Part shown: positions 28,594-38,660 of the stretch, piece by piece
How positions within the stretch are numbered: the stretch's first letter is position 1
How the letters are laid out: every line of letters starts with the position of its first letter
From: a virus
Lineage: Duplodnaviria; Heunggongvirae; Uroviricota; Caudoviricetes
Virus record (IMG/VR): IMGVR_UViG_3300045988_150439
Length of the DNA: 64,000 nucleotides
Direction: 5' to 3' (one strand)
Notes under the pieces: model-generated
Database searches by the model: none
What the model saw: the letters and a program-made list of their open reading frames with translations, nothing else
Told to the model about the DNA's origin: nothing
Made by a program: the position numbers and the translations under genes

Positions 28594-28809
28594 TCAGCTT
28601 AGAGCAACGACATTTGCTGCTGCTGGGCCTTTAGCCCCATTCTCGATAGAGAATTCGACCTGCTGGCCTTCTTCCAAAGTGCGGAAATTATTACTCTGAA
28701 TTGCCGAAAAATGTACAAAAACATCTTTACTGCCATCAGCAGGAGAAATAAAGCCAAAGCCTTTATCAGAGTTAAACCATTTTACTAAACCAGTCATTTT
28801 ATTAGACAT
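28594..28809 (-). CDS. cold-shock protein (CspA family)
   Basis: ORF 28594..28905; probable ATG 28809 follows AAGGTAG. About 71 aa with RNP1 KGFGFI and RNP2-like VFVHF. Confidence 0.8.
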   Translation of the reverse strand: MSNKMTGLVKWFNSDKGFGFISPADGSKDVFVHFSAIQSNNFRTLEEGQQVEFSIENGAKGPAAANVVALS

Positions 28810-29138
28810 AGATACTACCTTCTTAATTTTGTGAGCCACATAGTGCGGCGAGAATTTGATCTGTATAGATTGGGACTTACTTAGGCACTTAAGGAGGAGA
28901 CTCACGAAGAAGGGAAATCAGAAGATAACACTGAACTGAGACTGCTTTACTAAAACTGCTTACATAAGGTCTGTCTTGCAAACCAACGATGCTATTAACG
29001 CATACCCCTTCTTTTCATGCAACCTTTATTTTTCAAAGATAACTAATTTTTGTCACCATTGGTTTAGTAAACGTTAACGAACCAGACGATGCCAGACACC
29101 TTTACAGAGAACAGATGCCCGCCAATTGGCGGGCATCA

Positions 29139-29702
29139 TTATGCGCATTTCGCAATATCTTTGCGGCGTTTAATCAGTTTCTCCGCAATTTGCTCTATTT
29201 CGTTGAAATCTTTCGAGACGCTGTTTCGAAGCGCCAGATTCCATTTACTCAAAGTTCGGGCATTTTGGACAATTTGATCGCCCTCTTTAAGTCGTCCGTT
29301 ATTCATGAGCCATTCAGCCACATCAGCCCAATCCCAGAGAGGAGACTGGCCTTTTATGCGTTGTACAGGGCAAGGGAAGTCGCCGCTTCCGCGCTTACCG
29401 TCTTTGAGCAACGCCACTGCCTGGCGAGACAGGTCTGTCAGTTCCGCGATATCGCTTAAGCCCACAAGAGCCGAGTCGACGGATTCAACAATTGCACCGA
29501 TACCGGCTGATTCAATATTGTCGACCGCAGATGCGATAGCTGCATCAAGTGATTGTGCTTCGCGGTCAAATTCTACATAGACGGAGTTTCCATATGCGCA
29601 AATTAGCGCATCGTCACAGCCGTTTTGGTACAGCGCGTCTTCCAGTCCTTCCGTCTCATACGATACGCCTGAGAGCGTCAGAGTGAAGTTATAAAGCGCC
29701 AT
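29139..29702 (-). CDS. HicB-like antitoxin candidate
   Basis: ORF 29139..29738; probable ATG 29702 follows AAAGGA. N-terminal MALYNFTLTLSG..YETEGLEDALYQNGCDDALICAYGNS resembles HicB; HTH-like segment later. Confidence 0.35.
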   Translation of the reverse strand: MALYNFTLTLSGVSYETEGLEDALYQNGCDDALICAYGNSVYVEFDREAQSLDAAIASAVDNIESAGIGAIVESVDSALVGLSDIAELTDLSRQAVALLKDGKRGSGDFPCPVQRIKGQSPLWDWADVAEWLMNNGRLKEGDQIVQNARTLSKWNLALRNSVSKDFNEIEQIAEKLIKRRKDIAKCA

Positions 29703-29762
29703 AGTTTTCCTTTGAAGATAGTTGGACAGTTTCTGCAAAAGGCGGCTAATGCCGCCTTGAAA

Positions 29763-29987
29763 TCATTTACAACGATCAACCATTCGTTTGATCTGTTTGG
29801 CATGGTTTTCGGGATTACCCGGAGTCGACCATACGCTCATTTGGTGAGTTTTGTGTTCACCTTCTGGATTACCGCATCGCAGTCTGCAAAAACAATGTGC
29901 AGCACCACCAGCTGCTACCCAGATCCAGCCTTTACTTAATGCATAGTCAATGGCTGCTTGAATATGCTTATTCGGATGTTGCTTCAT
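29763..29987 (-). CDS. HicA-like toxin candidate
   Basis: 74 aa; GW..H...PG...H pattern loosely like HicA; lies upstream of the HicB-like gene. Confidence 0.3.
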   Translation of the reverse strand: MKQHPNKHIQAAIDYALSKGWIWVAAGGAAHCFCRLRCGNPEGEHKTHQMSVWSTPGNPENHAKQIKRMVDRCK

Positions 29988-30241
29988 TCGCCTCCGATAA
30001 TAGTATTCTATTCACAGTGTTGACATCTGTCAACGGCGACTGAATTTCATCCGTTCATGCCACACCCCCATCCATCTCATGTATGTGACCTAAAGATGGT
30101 CAGCACAGCTTACCAAAATAAGACAACTAATTATCTTCGGTGATCTCAATATTTTCCCCTGAACAAAGTTGACATGACGCCATAAACCCGTTCTCTGTTT
30201 GATATAATTGATACAGATTTTATAAGTAGGAACCTATTAGA

Positions 30242-30673
30242 GTGAACACTGATATTTTTTCTAAAATCATGGCCGATCTGGAGTTCGACCGCGACAACCT
30301 TGAGGAAGTATGGCGTAAACAGCCACGGCTTTTAATGGAGTATGGGTCAAAACTAGCGCAGGCAGATCGAGATGTCGCAGAGGCAAAACTTAACCTTGAA
30401 GCTGTTGAAGCAAAGCTATACGACACAGAGCGTAAGAACTTGAGTATGAACGGCATTAAGTTCAACGAGTCTGTACTGGACGCTAAGGTTAAAACAAACC
30501 CACAGTATCTGTCTAAACGGCAGAAGTTGGATGAAGCACGGCACATAGCAGACATATACAAACATGCTGTCGCCGCCTTTTCGCATCGCCGAGACATGAT
30601 CGTTCAGGCGTCAAAGATGGCCATCGTTGAATTAGAGCGATTAGGCTCTGAACGCTTTATTACTCCCCGTTGA
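30242..30673 (+). CDS. hypothetical protein
   Basis: 143 aa ORF (alternative ATG 30269); helical, charged. Confidence 0.4.
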   Translation: MNTDIFSKIMADLEFDRDNLEEVWRKQPRLLMEYGSKLAQADRDVAEAKLNLEAVEAKLYDTERKNLSMNGIKFNESVLDAKVKTNPQYLSKRQKLDEARHIADIYKHAVAAFSHRRDMIVQASKMAIVELERLGSERFITPR

Positions 30674-30790
30674 TTTTTGATAGATAATAAGTAAGTACTG
30701 ATCTATCATTTAACAGCTCGAAAGAGCCACGAATGAACGAAAGCCCAACGCGCATAGCGCCATCGGCCAAATCACAACAAGGAGAAACAC

Positions 30791-31819
30791 ATGTCTAAGA
30801 CATTACTTGATTTGCTTAACAAAACTCGTGAAGACATTGCCGCCAAACGTGGCAACAACGTTGATCTGACTCGCTTAAAAGACGGCGTCAACTATATCCG
30901 CATCTTCCCGAATAAAGACGACCCAAACGGTAAGTTCTTCCAGACTTTCGGTATGCACTACGTTAAGTATCAGAACGAGGAAGGTAAAGAAGCAACCAAC
31001 GCTTATATTTGTGAGCAACATACTCACGGTCGCGCTTGTCAGCTATGCGAAATGGTTATGGAAGGTCGCGCTCGTCACAAGGGTAACAAAGCAATGGAAG
31101 AACGCATCGGTCAAATGCGTGCCACTCCTCGCTACCTGGTCAACGGCATTCTTTCTGCTCGTGAGGATTTCGCAGATGCTGAGAAATGCCAGTTAATCGA
31201 GCTGCCGTCTACTGTATTCGATGATATCTGCAAAGCAATCACCGAAGACATCGCTGATGATATCGGCAATCCACTGAGCAAAGAGGAAGGCTACGCATTC
31301 CTGATTAAACGTACTGGCTCTGGTCGCGATACCAAATATGACGTCTCGCCTAAGCGTAAAGTCTACAAAGGCGATATCGAAGATAAATTCTGGAACACCC
31401 AGCATGATCTGATCGCATACGCAAATCAGGCTGATGAAACTCGTCTTCTGTCGACAGTTCGCACTATGGGTCGTCTGATTGGTATCGCTGCACCAACTGC
31501 CGCAGCATCTGCACCAGCAATTTCCTCAACCGCGAAAACATCGGCTGCGGCACTACCTGGATTTGGCTCTGTCACTGGTCATACAGAAGGAGCGACGGCT
31601 GTAGCAACCGCGCACACACCGGCTTCTGAACCAACCAGTCTGGTTGATGAAGAAATCCTCCGTGCCGTTGAAACTGAATTTAAACCAGAAGCAAGTTCCG
31701 CTGCCGTTGCCGTATCAGTCAAAGAGTCTGAAGCAGTCGCAGCGACATCTGTAGCAACCGCATCTGCGACGGAAGATGAAGGTCTGGATGACCTACTGAG
31801 AGAGCTGGACTCTCTGTAA
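30791..31819 (+). CDS. single-stranded DNA-binding protein (gp32-like)
   Basis: 342 aa; Cys/His cluster CEQHTHGRACQLC, Ala/Ser-rich linker, acidic tail DEGLDDLLRELDSL; conserved acaaggagaaacacATG start context. Confidence 0.55.
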   Translation: MSKTLLDLLNKTREDIAAKRGNNVDLTRLKDGVNYIRIFPNKDDPNGKFFQTFGMHYVKYQNEEGKEATNAYICEQHTHGRACQLCEMVMEGRARHKGNKAMEERIGQMRATPRYLVNGILSAREDFADAEKCQLIELPSTVFDDICKAITEDIADDIGNPLSKEEGYAFLIKRTGSGRDTKYDVSPKRKVYKGDIEDKFWNTQHDLIAYANQADETRLLSTVRTMGRLIGIAAPTAAASAPAISSTAKTSAAALPGFGSVTGHTEGATAVATAHTPASEPTSLVDEEILRAVETEFKPEASSAAVAVSVKESEAVAATSVATASATEDEGLDDLLRELDSL

Positions 31820-31835
31820 TCCCATTACGTGACCA

Positions 31836-31864
31836 GTAAGGCGTCTACGGACGCCTTACTTTTT
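31836..31864 (+). terminator. rho-independent terminator
   Basis: gtaaggcgtc-tacg-gacgccttac followed by ttttt, just after the SSB stop. Confidence 0.6.
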
Positions 31865-31879
31865 GGAAGGAATGTACCG

Positions 31880-32824
31880 GTGAATTATCTCTTCGTAGAT
31901 GGCAATAGCCTGGGTTATTACCACCAACAATCTGACAAATTGCACAACGGCGAAATGGAAGTTCAGGCTGCTTTCGGCTTTGTTAAGAACGTCCGTCGTT
32001 ATGCCTCCATCCTCCATGCCCGACCTATGATTCTTTGGGATGGATTTAGTGACAAGCGTCGCGACTTTTACCCGGACTACAAAGCAAATCGCGACGACGA
32101 TCCTGATATGAAAAAGATGAAGGAAGGCTTTGCTGTCCAGAAGCCATACATCCTCAAAATGATGACCGCGCTTGGTGTTAACCAAATCATTGCAAAAGAT
32201 GCAGAAGCGGATGATCTGGCCGGACTGCTGGTATCCCGCATGGCACCGCAGCCAACCGTTGAACACATCTATCTATTAACAGGCGATAGCGACTGGCTTC
32301 AGTTAGTTCGCGAAAACGTAAGCTGGGTAAGCCTGCGTGAAGACGCCAAAAACAAGCAGGTTAATTTTGAGCAATTTGCGGAGCTGACAGGATTCGCCAC
32401 GCCTCGCGCATTTTTGGAAGCAAAAGCATTACAAGGCGATAACTCGGACAACATTAGCGGTGTTGGTGGCATTGGTGCTGGCGGTGCGAAAGAGCTGCTG
32501 CATGAATGGGGAAGTGTCGCAACGATGGTACGCGGCATCAACGACGGCTCAATCGTGGTTAATAAAGGGCGTCATAAGACCGCCTTCAACAAACTAGCGA
32601 AGAATGCCTTCAACGAGAAAACAGGCTGTCGAATGCTCGAAGCGTTCAAGAGAAACATCACGCTAATGAACCTGATTGAGACGAAGTTTCCGCCTACCGA
32701 AATCGAAACAATCAAAGGCAATCGTGACGTGAAAGCATTCGAGCAACTGTGCTACGAGCTGAATTTCCGTTCGTTCCTTGAAGACCTTGAAGTGTTTGTT
32801 CTTCCATTCGAAAGGTATTGCTAA
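31880..32824 (+). CDS. 5'-3' exonuclease / flap endonuclease
   Basis: ORF 31829..32824 overlaps the terminator hairpin; probable GTG 31880 follows GGAAGGA. Motifs FVDGNSLGYY, DSDNISGVGGIG. Confidence 0.75.
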   Translation: MNYLFVDGNSLGYYHQQSDKLHNGEMEVQAAFGFVKNVRRYASILHARPMILWDGFSDKRRDFYPDYKANRDDDPDMKKMKEGFAVQKPYILKMMTALGVNQIIAKDAEADDLAGLLVSRMAPQPTVEHIYLLTGDSDWLQLVRENVSWVSLREDAKNKQVNFEQFAELTGFATPRAFLEAKALQGDNSDNISGVGGIGAGGAKELLHEWGSVATMVRGINDGSIVVNKGRHKTAFNKLAKNAFNEKTGCRMLEAFKRNITLMNLIETKFPPTEIETIKGNRDVKAFEQLCYELNFRSFLEDLEVFVLPFERYC

Positions 32825-33090
32825 TGCTTAAATCGATTATTAATGGCGCTACAACCACCCCTACCCAACTGGCAAAAGAGATTGTCTTTTATCACGGTGA
32901 ATACGCTGTCATCGCACTGCCGTCAATTCTGGGCGCTGCCGGAATGAAAGCGACAGATCGCGAGTTTGGATTAGTCAGCGAGCAGGTCGTAAAAATCCTC
33001 GCTCGTGTATCCAGACTCCTTAATCACGATGCGATTGTATTCGACGAATCCGCCGCTTTAAAACGAATCAACGAAACAAAAGGAGCCTGA
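32818..33090 (+). CDS. hypothetical protein (90 aa)
   Basis: ORF only; overlaps FEN stop, ends just before recA. Confidence 0.4.
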   Translation: MLMLKSIINGATTTPTQLAKEIVFYHGEYAVIALPSILGAAGMKATDREFGLVSEQVVKILARVSRLLNHDAIVFDESAALKRINETKGA

Positions 33091-33092
33091 TC

Positions 33093-35432
33093 ATGGCAAA
33101 AGGAAAATCCGCACTGGCACTTGCTCTGAAAAAGAAAATCGGTAGCAACGACGAAATTCAGAAAGTAACTCATTGGATTGACACAGGCTTTCCTCCGTTA
33201 AACAAAGCTATTTCCGGTCGTTACGATGGCGGTTTCCCATGTGGTCGTATCGTAGAAGTATTCGGGCCACCAAGCGCGGGGAAATGTGTTACCGCAGACA
33301 CCATGCTGCTGACGGAGCGTGGAATGGTAACAGTGAAAGAGTTGTTTGAGATTGAAGGGTACAAAGCGACATGCACTACTCGCGATGTAGAGCATAACGT
33401 TGGACTCATCAATGAAAATGGCGTGATAGAGAAGACCTCACACCTGACATGGAACAACCGTCGCAAATTCAAGCGTATTAAGCTGGCATCAGGCGGTTAT
33501 ATCGAGGCTACGTTCCGTCACCCAATCCGTGTGGTTGACGACTTAGGTAATGTCGTCTGGCGACATGCTGAAAAAATCAGTGTAGGCGACACGATTCCTT
33601 CAATGGTTGGCACACATCAATTCGGCGATCAGCACCTGGATGCCAATATCGCAAAACTGATGGGCTATTTAATTGCTGACGGATACGTGGCCTCTGAAAA
33701 TTCAGTGAATTTTTCTAACACAGATCCTTTCATCAAGGATGAGTACTACCGCCTCATTTCGCTGGTATCAGACAAGATGCCAGTTACGAGAAAACATAAC
33801 GGCTCGGAAGACCATGTGCTGTTTAGCAAAGAGGTGCGTTCGCTGCTTTTTAAAGAATATGGTCTGGAGTATGAGAAAGCTGCTGGCAAGCAGGTTCCGT
33901 TGAGTGTGCGTCGCGCCAATAGCGAGGCTCAAATTGCATTCCTTCGCGGCTACTTTGAGCTGGAATGCCACGTCAATGATGGTCGCTGCATTGAGGTTGT
34001 GAGCGCGAGTGGGCTGCTGCTACAGCAAATTCGCCTCATGCTCCTGAATCTGGGGATTACGTCAACTATCTCTGAAAAACACGTCGCGGGTTATGAAAAT
34101 ACATATTACCGGCTGTCATTCAGTGGCTCTAATTACGACCTTTTTCTGTCAACGATTGGTTTCGAATCTCCGGCACGTTTATCAGTGGCAACCAAACGGG
34201 ACATTGGTTTTGACCGCACTTACTCAGGCTATGTTCCGCACATCAGCGGCTTAGTGAAATCACTCTACGAGTCGCTCACCAAGACCACCCGTGAAGACTA
34301 CGCTCTGGTAGACCACGTTATTGGCCGCGGCGATCGTGTCGGAATAGACAAACTGCGAGAAATCTATGTCTCCTTCATTGGCAGAAAGAATCGTTTTAAC
34401 GAGCATCTGTTTGCACAACTGGCAGCGGTAATTGGCTCTAACTTGTTCTACGACGAAGTCGTGGCTATTGAGGAAGGTGAAGCACCAACGTTCGACGTAG
34501 CGATGCCGGAAACACACTCTTTCTGGTCTAACGGGATTATCAGCCACAACACATTCCTTGCAACAGCAGCGATGATCTCCGCACAGAAACAAGATGGTCT
34601 GGCGGTATTCCTCGATCATGAGAACAGTTTTGACGTTGGCCTGGCTGTAGCCAATGGCCTGAACGCAGATGAGGATGACGGTCAGTGGGTATACAAGCAG
34701 CCAGATACCTTCGAAGACTCTGTAGAGTTGATCGGCACAATACTTAAATTGGTTCGTGATGAAGAGCTTATCCCCGAATCAGCACCTATCTGTATCGTGG
34801 CTGACTCTCTTGCGTCTATGGTTCCGAACTCCAAAGCCGAGAAGTTCGAAAAGATGGCTGAAGGCACTGCCAAAGACAAAGATCAGCTAAACATGAACGA
34901 CAATACGGCACTGGCTCGTGCGACGAGTGCGAACTTCCCTACTCTGGCTTTGTGGGCACGCAAATACAACGCCTGCATCATCTTCTTGAATCAGGTTCGC
35001 ACAAAAATCGGTGTAATGTTTGGCGACCCTACTACGTCGCCAGGTGGAGATTCACCGAAGTTCTACGCTTCTGTACGTATCCGTCTTGGTGCATCGGTGA
35101 TGAAGGATGGTAAAGAGAAGATCGGCCAGGACGTAGGCGCAGAATGCATCAAAAACAAAGTTGCACCACCGTATGGCAAATGCACCTGGAAATTCTACTT
35201 CGATCCTACTCGTGGCCTCGACGTTATCGAATCGCTCGTCGAGTACATGCTGGAAGAAGGATACCTGCCAAAGAACGCCAGCGGGCGAGTTGAAATTGGT
35301 GACAAGAAATACACCAAATCGCAGATCGTCGAGATGTATCGGGAGAAGCCATTAGCAGAAATCATTGCTGCGTTACAGACGATAGATGACCGACGAGAGA
35401 AGACATCACCAACAGAAGAACTAGAAGATTAA
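33093..35432 (+). CDS. recA: RecA-family recombinase interrupted by an intein
   Basis: 779 aa; exteins (64 + 293 aa) match RecA: P-loop GPPSAGK|T, IIFLNQVRTKIGVMFGDPTTSPGGDSPKFYASVRIRLG. Confidence 0.8.
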   Translation: MAKGKSALALALKKKIGSNDEIQKVTHWIDTGFPPLNKAISGRYDGGFPCGRIVEVFGPPSAGKCVTADTMLLTERGMVTVKELFEIEGYKATCTTRDVEHNVGLINENGVIEKTSHLTWNNRRKFKRIKLASGGYIEATFRHPIRVVDDLGNVVWRHAEKISVGDTIPSMVGTHQFGDQHLDANIAKLMGYLIADGYVASENSVNFSNTDPFIKDEYYRLISLVSDKMPVTRKHNGSEDHVLFSKEVRSLLFKEYGLEYEKAAGKQVPLSVRRANSEAQIAFLRGYFELECHVNDGRCIEVVSASGLLLQQIRLMLLNLGITSTISEKHVAGYENTYYRLSFSGSNYDLFLSTIGFESPARLSVATKRDIGFDRTYSGYVPHISGLVKSLYESLTKTTREDYALVDHVIGRGDRVGIDKLREIYVSFIGRKNRFNEHLFAQLAAVIGSNLFYDEVVAIEEGEAPTFDVAMPETHSFWSNGIISHNTFLATAAMISAQKQDGLAVFLDHENSFDVGLAVANGLNADEDDGQWVYKQPDTFEDSVELIGTILKLVRDEELIPESAPICIVADSLASMVPNSKAEKFEKMAEGTAKDKDQLNMNDNTALARATSANFPTLALWARKYNACIIFLNQVRTKIGVMFGDPTTSPGGDSPKFYASVRIRLGASVMKDGKEKIGQDVGAECIKNKVAPPYGKCTWKFYFDPTRGLDVIESLVEYMLEEGYLPKNASGRVEIGDKKYTKSQIVEMYREKPLAEIIAALQTIDDRREKTSPTEELED
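33285..34550 (+). mobile_element. intein with LAGLIDADG homing-endonuclease domain (422 aa) inside recA
   Basis: Starts with Cys (CVTADTM), ends His-Asn before Thr +1; dodecapeptide motifs LMGYLIADGYV and FLRGYFELECHV. Confidence 0.75.
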
Positions 35433-35437
35433 TTATC

Positions 35438-35464
35438 AGGCGTCCAAACGGACGCCTTTTTTGT
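35438..35464 (+). terminator. rho-independent terminator
   Basis: aggcgtcc-aaac-ggacgcct followed by tttttg. Confidence 0.65.
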
Positions 35465-35525
35465 ATGTTGAAAATGTATAAGCACTTACTTATCATTAGC
35501 ACACAATAACCACATAGGAAAACAC

Positions 35526-35726
35526 ATGATCAAACTCTATCTTATGGCAGTAGTTACAGGTCTATCTGTAGTTTTCATCTACTGTTTGCTGGTTCCGTCG
35601 CTGATCTCTACTAAAAGCGACATTGCCGTAATGCTTGGAATCATCGTTGCTTTTGGCGCTCCTGTGATCGGGTTTATTGCAGGTCGTAAGTTTCTAAAGT
35701 CACTCATCAATTCGAAGGAGAAGTAA
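35526..35726 (+). CDS. small membrane protein (66 aa)
   Basis: Two hydrophobic segments; conserved ggaaaacacATG start context. Confidence 0.45.
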   Translation: MIKLYLMAVVTGLSVVFIYCLLVPSLISTKSDIAVMLGIIVAFGAPVIGFIAGRKFLKSLINSKEK

Positions 35727-35729
35727 GTA

Positions 35730-36560
35730 ATGAAGAAAGGTTTACTGGCAGTGATCGTGGCCGCTGTTTGCACAATGGGTCTTACTGGCTGTGATCGCGT
35801 GGAGCCTGGATACGTTGGCATCAAAGTAAACAAATTAGGTGAAGACAAAGGGATTGGTGAAGTGGTTGGCGTTGGTCGCCAATGGACAGGTCTTAACACC
35901 GAACTTTACGTATTCCCGACCTTCAAACAAATGAAGACCTACGACGAGCCGTTCACATTCCAGATGAGTGACGGTACTGCTATTGGTCACAAAATTGGCG
36001 TTGCGTATCTGGTTAATCGTGACAAGGTAACGACGGTGTTCCAGACCTATCGCAAAGGCGTAGACGATATCACCGAATCAGATCTGCGTCAGAAAATTGC
36101 CGACTCTCTAAACCGTTTGGCAAGCCGTATGACCACTGACTCATTTATCGACGGTGGTAAGGCACAATTGCTGGACAACGCACTGAAAGATATTCAGAAA
36201 GAGATGTCTCCGGTTGGTATTGAGGTACTGAGCTTGTCATGGGTTGGAAAGCCTGATTACCCAAAAACCGTCATTGAGTCTATTAACGCCAAAGTAACGG
36301 CTAACCAGCGTACTCTGCAACGTCAGCAGGAAGTTGAACAACGTAAAGCTGAGGCGAATATGCTACGTGAACAGGCTAATGGTGAAGCTGATGCTATCCG
36401 TGCTCGTGCGCAAGCAGAAGCAGACGCCATTCGTCTGCGCGGTGAAGCTCTGCGTCAAAACCCGAACGTTATGGAGCTGGAAGCCATCAATAAATGGAAT
36501 GGCCAGTTACCGCAGTACATGACTCAAGGGGCTAACACTCCTTTCATTACAGTGAAATAA
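35730..36560 (+). CDS. SPFH/band-7-like lipoprotein
   Basis: Signal peptide with lipobox LTGC; SPFH-like core; C-terminal Ala/Glu/Arg-rich coiled coil. Confidence 0.5.
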   Translation: MKKGLLAVIVAAVCTMGLTGCDRVEPGYVGIKVNKLGEDKGIGEVVGVGRQWTGLNTELYVFPTFKQMKTYDEPFTFQMSDGTAIGHKIGVAYLVNRDKVTTVFQTYRKGVDDITESDLRQKIADSLNRLASRMTTDSFIDGGKAQLLDNALKDIQKEMSPVGIEVLSLSWVGKPDYPKTVIESINAKVTANQRTLQRQQEVEQRKAEANMLREQANGEADAIRARAQAEADAIRLRGEALRQNPNVMELEAINKWNGQLPQYMTQGANTPFITVK

Positions 36561-36576
36561 CTCCCCTTAAAAGTTC

Positions 36577-36603
36577 AGGCGTCCAGTTGGACGCCTTTTT
36601 TAT
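36577..36603 (+). terminator. rho-independent terminator
   Basis: aggcgtcc-agtt-ggacgcct followed by ttttttat; same stem as 35438 terminator. Confidence 0.65.
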
Positions 36604-36651
36604 CGCAATTATCTTATTAAGAAAATAATTTGTTTAAAAGGATAAGAAAAC

Positions 36652-37077
36652 ATGACTGCTATTAAGAAACTCTACGATGCCGCAAACGTGGCTCTGGATG
36701 TTATTGATGATGAAGTAGCAAAAGGCTTTCCTGAACCTGATTGGGCGCATCAGCTACGAAACGCTATCGCAGAAATGACCCCACCAGATCCAACCCCCGA
36801 CGAGACAGACTGGCAGCGATTCATCCGTATGTACGCTCAGGAAATAGGCCCAACGCCAACGGCAGAGCAGGCAATGCTGCTGAAATACTTCAAAGAGGCG
36901 GGAGAGGATTTACCAATTGATGACTCAGCATATTGGTTCCACTGCGCATGGCGTAAGTATGACGTGATATTCACGCAAGGTATGGGAAGCAAAGATATGG
37001 TTGTGTGGCATCTACTCCATATAGACACAGCCGTTGACAGAGTTATTGAACAGTTTTTCCCTAAACAAGAAGATTGA
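36652..37077 (+). CDS. hypothetical protein
   Basis: 141 aa ORF; conserved aaaacATG context. Confidence 0.45.
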   Translation: MTAIKKLYDAANVALDVIDDEVAKGFPEPDWAHQLRNAIAEMTPPDPTPDETDWQRFIRMYAQEIGPTPTAEQAMLLKYFKEAGEDLPIDDSAYWFHCAWRKYDVIFTQGMGSKDMVVWHLLHIDTAVDRVIEQFFPKQED

Positions 37078-37132
37078 TCGCCTATTCGTAACTAACAAAA
37101 TAAGTAAACACTAACCACAAAAGGAAAAACAC

Positions 37133-37408
37133 ATGAGAGTTTTAGTTCGAATCGTTACCAGCACTGTCTATGACGTGTTTCCGCTTTTTATGGTCAAAGC
37201 CGATGGCCTTAACGACGAAGAAACTGACGCGCTTATCCAGCGTATTCTCGTTGAATATACAGGTCATGACGCTGATTCAGTGATGGTTGATGATGATGGT
37301 GTTTGTTGGCATAACGGCAACTGTTGGTACGTAGAAGAGACTCAACAAATCAGTGATGAAGATGCCGCACATCTTGAGCGTATTTTAAGCATCAGCACTT
37401 TTGAGTGA
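37133..37408 (+). CDS. hypothetical protein
   Basis: 91 aa acidic ORF; conserved aaaaggaaaaacacATG context. Confidence 0.45.
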   Translation: MRVLVRIVTSTVYDVFPLFMVKADGLNDEETDALIQRILVEYTGHDADSVMVDDDGVCWHNGNCWYVEETQQISDEDAAHLERILSISTFE

Positions 37409-37447
37409 GTTTACAGTAAAATTTATATAAGTTAGTATCTACCTATC

Positions 37448-37627
37448 ATGAAGATTTTTATTGAATACTTGTTACTCATCGTGTCAATAGCTTTTGTCAT
37501 CGACTGCATTTTCACTGGTGTCATTCGTAAAGTCTTTTCCCCGGTGAACGACGTAGTCATAAACGCTTTGGCTATCGTGCTCGTATTTAATTCAGCATTT
37601 GATGTAATCAAAGAGGTGGCAGCATGA
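37448..37627 (+). CDS. small membrane protein (59 aa)
   Basis: Below track cutoff; two hydrophobic helices; stop overlaps next start (ATGA). Confidence 0.35.
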   Translation: MKIFIEYLLLIVSIAFVIDCIFTGVIRKVFSPVNDVVINALAIVLVFNSAFDVIKEVAA

Positions 37628-37959
37628 AGGCCATCCCATTCGCGCTGTTGTTCCTTTCTTCGATCGTTGTGGCCGACACCACTGTTTATCAGTGTGAAAT
37701 GTCTGTAGCCGACGTTAAGAATGGCTCTCTTACCGACGTCATAAAAGCACCATATGGAGCGATGGTCGTAGACAGCGGCGACCAGTTCTATGTTGTGCGT
37801 GACGATCGAGTATTGTCATCCCCATATCTCACAAACCGTAATGGCAAATTAACCGGCGTCGGAGAAGACCACTTCGTATACAACAAATACAAGGGCTTCT
37901 ATGGCGTTCACGCTTCTCAGCAAAGCTACCTTTTCGATGACTGCAAGGAGGTTGGATAA
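37624..37959 (+). CDS. secreted protein with signal peptide
   Basis: N-terminal MKAIPFALLFLSSIVVA signal-like sequence; 111 aa. Confidence 0.45.
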   Translation: MKAIPFALLFLSSIVVADTTVYQCEMSVADVKNGSLTDVIKAPYGAMVVDSGDQFYVVRDDRVLSSPYLTNRNGKLTGVGEDHFVYNKYKGFYGVHASQQSYLFDDCKEVG

Positions 37960-38171
37960 TGGCATTAACACTGGCAGGTCTGGAAATCGAGAAAACAAGC
38001 GGATACTGGCGTGCTAAGGGTTTCAAGCAGCCTGGCGTTCTTGAGCGTCTGGAACGTGAAGATGGGTATATCGTCCACCAGCGGCGTGAATGGCGTATGT
38101 ACGATCCAGAAACAGGAAAACTGACTACAAAAGCCGGAACACTTTGGGGCCTGTTGAAGAAAATACACTAA
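37959..38171 (+). CDS. hypothetical protein (70 aa)
   Basis: ORF only; translationally coupled to upstream gene. Confidence 0.4.
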   Translation: MALTLAGLEIEKTSGYWRAKGFKQPGVLERLEREDGYIVHQRREWRMYDPETGKLTTKAGTLWGLLKKIH

Positions 38172-38660
38172 TAGCACCAACCACTGCGGTGAGTAGCCAG
38201 CTCACCGCATTCGTATCAGCTCATTATCCACTGTGGTCTGCAGTCCTCTCTTCCTACATATCTGCTAACCACTGTAGCGAGTAGACAACCTTTCATTCGT
38301 ATCAAACAACCACTATGGTGAGTATTGGAGTGAGATGTCCAGCGAGTATCCACTATGGTGAGTAAGCCTTTGCTGTTTTCAGTGGATATCCACTCGCCAC
38401 AGTGGATACGCTCAAAGATGAGGGCGACAACAACCACTATAGACAGTAAATTTTCCAAGATACCCAGTGACCACTAACCTCGCAGCCCTTGTTTCATCAG
38501 TGTTAGTGATCACTAACATTTAATTCAGTATTTGCATTCTACTGCCTACAGTGGTTATCAACAGATAACGATACTCACTATAGTGGATAGCGAATTACAG
38601 ATATAAGTAAGGCTCACTACAGTGGATAGTGAGCCTTACTACTAACTACAGTGGTTGGGC
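38170..38660. repeat. iteron array downstream of repA (incA-like)
   Basis: About 10 copies of core CCACT(A/G)T(A/G)G in both orientations, e.g. aaccactatggtgagta, atccactatggtgagta, cactatagtggatag, cactacagtggatagtgag. Confidence 0.7.
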
